Of a DNA stretch of 64,000 nucleotides, positions 59,801 through 64,000 are shown piece by piece (position 1 is the first letter of the stretch; the number at the start of each line of letters is the position of its first letter). The notes under the pieces are model-generated. The model saw nothing but the letters and a program-made list of their open reading frames with translations, ran no database searches and was not told where the DNA came from. A program made the position numbers and the translations under genes. The DNA comes from Diadema antillarum (taxonomy: Eukaryota), in NCBI RefSeq assembly GCF_040938485.1, contig NW_027270897.1, positions 3,100,001 through 3,164,000 on the forward strand, in the 5' to 3' direction.

Positions 59801-62800
59801 GGGATTACCGTATGATTACACAAAACAGTTGACTAGAAAGGAGATAAAACTATTTAAGTTCAGATACAAATGGCTGGGTATTTGTACCATCGGGTGAGGT
59901 CTTGGCGCCAAAGGGATTCTAACGGAAATCATGATAGACAACGAAATCTGGTATCAAAACGACATTGCCGGTGGAACGGAGAATCGGGAGAATGACACAC
60001 AAGAAAACAACCAGAGTAAAAAGTAAAAACATTATAGTGCTGACCGAATCTGTTGCTACAAACACCACTTAGACTTCAAACTGAACTGTTTTCTGTCTGA
60101 TATAGACATAATTATAGTACGTGTACTTATAACCTATCTCGTATAGCCTAAGATCACCAGCACATTATATTGGTCTTTGCTGATCACTTCTGATTATTGT
60201 GAGTTAATTAGATACATGCATAAAGAATTACATGGAGGACCTACTTTACCTATATATACGTGTCAGTAAACTCGCGTCTCCATGTCTGCGTTTTAATTGT
60301 AAACTTCTAACTCGACGTTGAGGAAGGATTTTGATGACTAACTAATGTTATTCGACTGTGAAACATGTCCTCAGTTTTGATCAACCTTATGGCTGCTTTC
60401 GCCAATTCCTACAAATAATATGATTATTATGAATAATCTCTTCATAGGTCCCCTAAAGAGAAAAACCTCAGAAAAGTAAATTGCCGACAGTCCAATTTGA
60501 AATATTGTTCACAAATTATACCTGCCTGTTTAATTAGCGTAATTTCGGTTGTTATCTACCTGGTAATCGCTGACTTAATCAGGAATGAACAATAATTTTC
60601 ATTCAGGAAGAAGACCAATGGGTAAAGGCTTCATTAACGTCAAAACAATACAACCAAGAGGTGGTCAACGATGATCTGATTACTGGCTAAGGCAACCTGT
60701 CTCTCCGTTCTCAGAAGCCTTGTGAAGTGACCGCCATGTTTGCAGACCGCACAGTTGAGCAAACTTCTGTACTTCGTCGTGTACTGTAACCGTAATCAGG
60801 CTGGTAATGTTTGTAATAGAAACAGCTGAGTTATAGGGCTATACACGTATAGCAGGACCTGTATGGTCAATTTGAAGGTGAAAGAGTCGCCATGGGTAAT
60901 CCTCGATGTTGTTGCTTTCAGCTTTACTCCATAAACATTCGGAACACAATGAACTACACACGCGTCCCCGATAATAGTCAGTGGTCCGTATATCATGCTT
61001 GGTCAGTGATCCGTTACTTTCAATTATCTCTATAGTGTAAAATAAAAAGTCCCATGCATTAATTTAAAATACCAACACGTTCCAAGATGGACGAGAGTCC
61101 AAAGTCGCAATACTAATTCAGGAAATAACAAACACGATGATATGAATAATATCAAAAAACACAGCATAAATAAACATAGATAAACAAAGAAACAAAATAA
61201 GCACGTAAGAGCAACAAACACATTCTGAGAAGATGCAATTTATTGTGTCTCACTGTTTTGAAATGGGTGTTTGAAATGGACCTTTTACATGACACCTCGC
61301 AACAATCTTGACATATAAATCCAGCTTCGGTTATAAGGAGGCGGGTCCTGTAGTTTATGATCTTGAGATTGTGTTATACATAAATCACATTTTCATTCAC
61401 TAGCTCTGTTTTGTTAAAGACCGCGTGACTGCATGATATAAGCAGTCCTCTAGGCAAATGCTAGGAAAGATTCTCCAACAATATATCATAGGTCAACGCC
61501 CGTGGCTCACTCAAGCAGCGACGAAATCCTGACGAGGTGTGAGCAGTGACCAGTGAGTAGAAAACTTTCCTAATGAGCAGCCATAGTCTTTGCCTGCAGC
61601 TGCTCCTCGGGGCTGCATACATGCCTCGTCCTCCTTATCTTCACAGATTACAAGTCAAATAAAGGAACAAACAGCGGCATGGTCCAAGAAAGAGAGATTT
61701 TCTTAAACCTATACATCTGACGTGTGCCATTAACAATCAAGACTCCGTGCATCAAAGGGGCGCCGACACAATCCGCCATCCAAATTAGGCCCTAGATGTT
61801 AATTCCATCACGGCGCGTGCACTATTTGTTTTCTGAATAGCCAACGTCATTAGCGGATAGATAAACCACCCTGGCTTCGTCGTACTTGTTCGAACGTTCT
61901 CCTAATTAGCCAAACCCACATAGAGTCAGTGGAAGTCATTATCATTGCGGCAAAAGAAACTTGTCGCAATCTCGATGACGAAAAGTCATTAAATTTGTTG
62001 TAGCATGCGACTTTTTTTTTTCCTGAAATCCATATCTCTCAATCTAATTACTTCTTTCACCTTTGTTTGTAGAACATTGGAGGGGGTAATTTCACATGAA
62101 ATGGGTTGATGCACAGTTAAACAATATTTCCAGTCAGAAAAATTTGAGCCGCATGACTCCACATACTATGTGTATCCAGGTTTGTGTATAATAAAGCTAT
62201 ATGGAAAACACGAAGCTATACACAAAAAGTAAAAGTCAATAGCCACTGTTAGCTGGTCGACTATTATTCACCTTACTCGTGTTTCCTCATGTACATATTT
62301 GTCGGAATGACTGTGCCGGAAGATTTTTTTATCAGTATGATGATACTTGCTCGCATAGACTGACAGCATGACTTTCTGATAATATTATTATTTCACATGA
62401 CTAGACTAGGTGTTTGGGTTGGTTACTTGTTTGTTTGAGATTTATTTGCTTTTATTCTGTTCATTCAACTGAACACCTTTACACTGTGCAACCAGCAAGT
62501 TCGACATTTTTTTTTTCATGATAAACTGTATACGGAGCGCCACCGGAAGGTGTTACCACCAATGAATCTTGTGCTTCATGATTTGAAGTACACTGTACTA
62601 ACTTGTTGCAAACATGGAGCTACATTCTGTGTTGTAACACTTTTTTTTAATTGATTGTGATTGTGTCCTTGTTGGGCATGTAATAAGGGTATAATTTACT
62701 GGCGATGGGTACTGAAGTAGCAATGGTAATGACGAGTGGTGAAGTGGAATTGTAAACACGAGTTCCAAGAGACCGAATGAATCAAGTCTCGTTCAGCCAG

Positions 62801-63589
62801 TATCAGATTTATTGGTCAGGTGTAGTAACAAGTGGCAGCGAAAGTAAAAAACAAACAAACAAACAAACAAAACAAAATGGAATAAACAAAAACAATGAAA
62901 AAAAAAGAATGAAATAGAAATCTTGCCATTCCGCTGTATATGCTACCAACAAACTGAAGCCCACAAGGCTGGGGCGGAGGAGTAGGCCTACGGCTTCTGT
63001 CGAGTACCATGAGGATTGGCAAAAGTAGAACCAGCAGCACATATGGATATGGGGGCGTATAGTAAAACTTTGAAATTGTACAATAGTATCTTGCTTAGTT
63101 AACATTAACATGATGGGGAAAGGTTAACACTTTATAGGCCTGCATAATACACAGTAATGGATATTCATCACGGGATATTTTAAATCTGAGAAGAGGAAGT
63201 TCTAACACCATTATGATTATGGTCATCATGGTCATGAGATTTTGTGAATGACCACTGGACATCCTCACTATAGGGTATGTCAACAACGGAAAGTGGTGGT
63301 CAAGTGTTTATCTGTACCCTCTAAACAAAGGGATACATTGGGGAGGGGTCAGTGAGGAGTGCTACCTTTCCAAATAAACCCGGCTGTTGGAGTGATTCGC
63401 AGAAGCAAAGGCGTGGCGTGGAGAAAGAGGGGAAAGTGTAGGTACATTTTATACTGTGCACGACAAAAGCGTTGCAACCTAGGGAGCAGTTTTTATTTAA
63501 TCATAGAGCTACTTTCATAAAAGACCAAACGAGATTCGGATGTGATGGGATTTCAGGTTTTTAACGTTTTTTCATAATCATTTTGTTTT

Positions 63590-63919
63590 TAGATAATGAG
63601 AAACCTCTTATGAAATATGAAAGAGCATTTATTCTAAGAGGAATTTAAAGTCTATCTGATGAAAATTAATTTTGAATTGACCGAGATATCCAAAACCAAG
63701 TGATCCTGATAAAAGGTGGGACCCATCTTTAACTAGGATCGCTTTGTTTTACTTTGTTATTGGATATGTCAGTCATCAAAACTGATTTTTATCAAATAAC
63801 ATTTGAATTCCTCATAGACTTGTATGCTCCTTTGGCCTTTCATAAAGTGGTTTCTGAGTATCTCACAAAAAATAAAAGTTGAATCCTCGTCTCAATCACA
63901 ATACTACACCATCCTTTAA
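63590..63919. mobile_element. Same TTAA MITE family as 2285-2652 (left end uncertain)
   Basis: Shared internal blocks (gataatgagaa.cctcttatgaaatatg, ggaatttaaagt, gagatatcc); ends ccatcctttaa. Confidence 0.7.
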
Positions 63920-64000
63920 ACTAATGTGTCAGACAAAATGAGCACTCCATCAGCAAAGTTTGTAGAAACAGCGTACACATGAATGTTCGCACGTTATCTA

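Overview
AT-rich intron-containing animal genomic DNA; the repeat families and gene content suggest an invertebrate deuterostome such as a sea urchin (inference). There is one scaffold gap (53295-53557). Two spliced + strand genes can be assembled from clean AG/GT, phase-compatible exons. (1) A Cys-loop nicotinic-receptor alpha-type subunit (six exons, 2841-25729; signal-peptide exon not found). It keeps the Cys-loop, the vicinal loop-C cysteines and the cation-selective GEK motif, but has lost three ACh-cage tyrosines and the whole Lys/Tyr/Asp gating triad. (2) A DHRS11-like short-chain dehydrogenase with TWO intact, diverged copies of coding exon 1 (33080 and 35850) upstream of one set of exons 2-7 (46377-51404). 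The rest is introns and intergenic DNA with many MITEs, tRNA-derived SINE-like sequences and LINE fragments. These include a 5'-truncated L1/Tx1-type element flanked on both sides by (CA)n, and three 20-32 bp CAGGGAGG...CACCTCCCTG inserts (two with perfect 7-bp duplications) that look like P-superfamily excision footprints. Most ORF-track entries are spurious. All calls are from manual reading; no searches were run.
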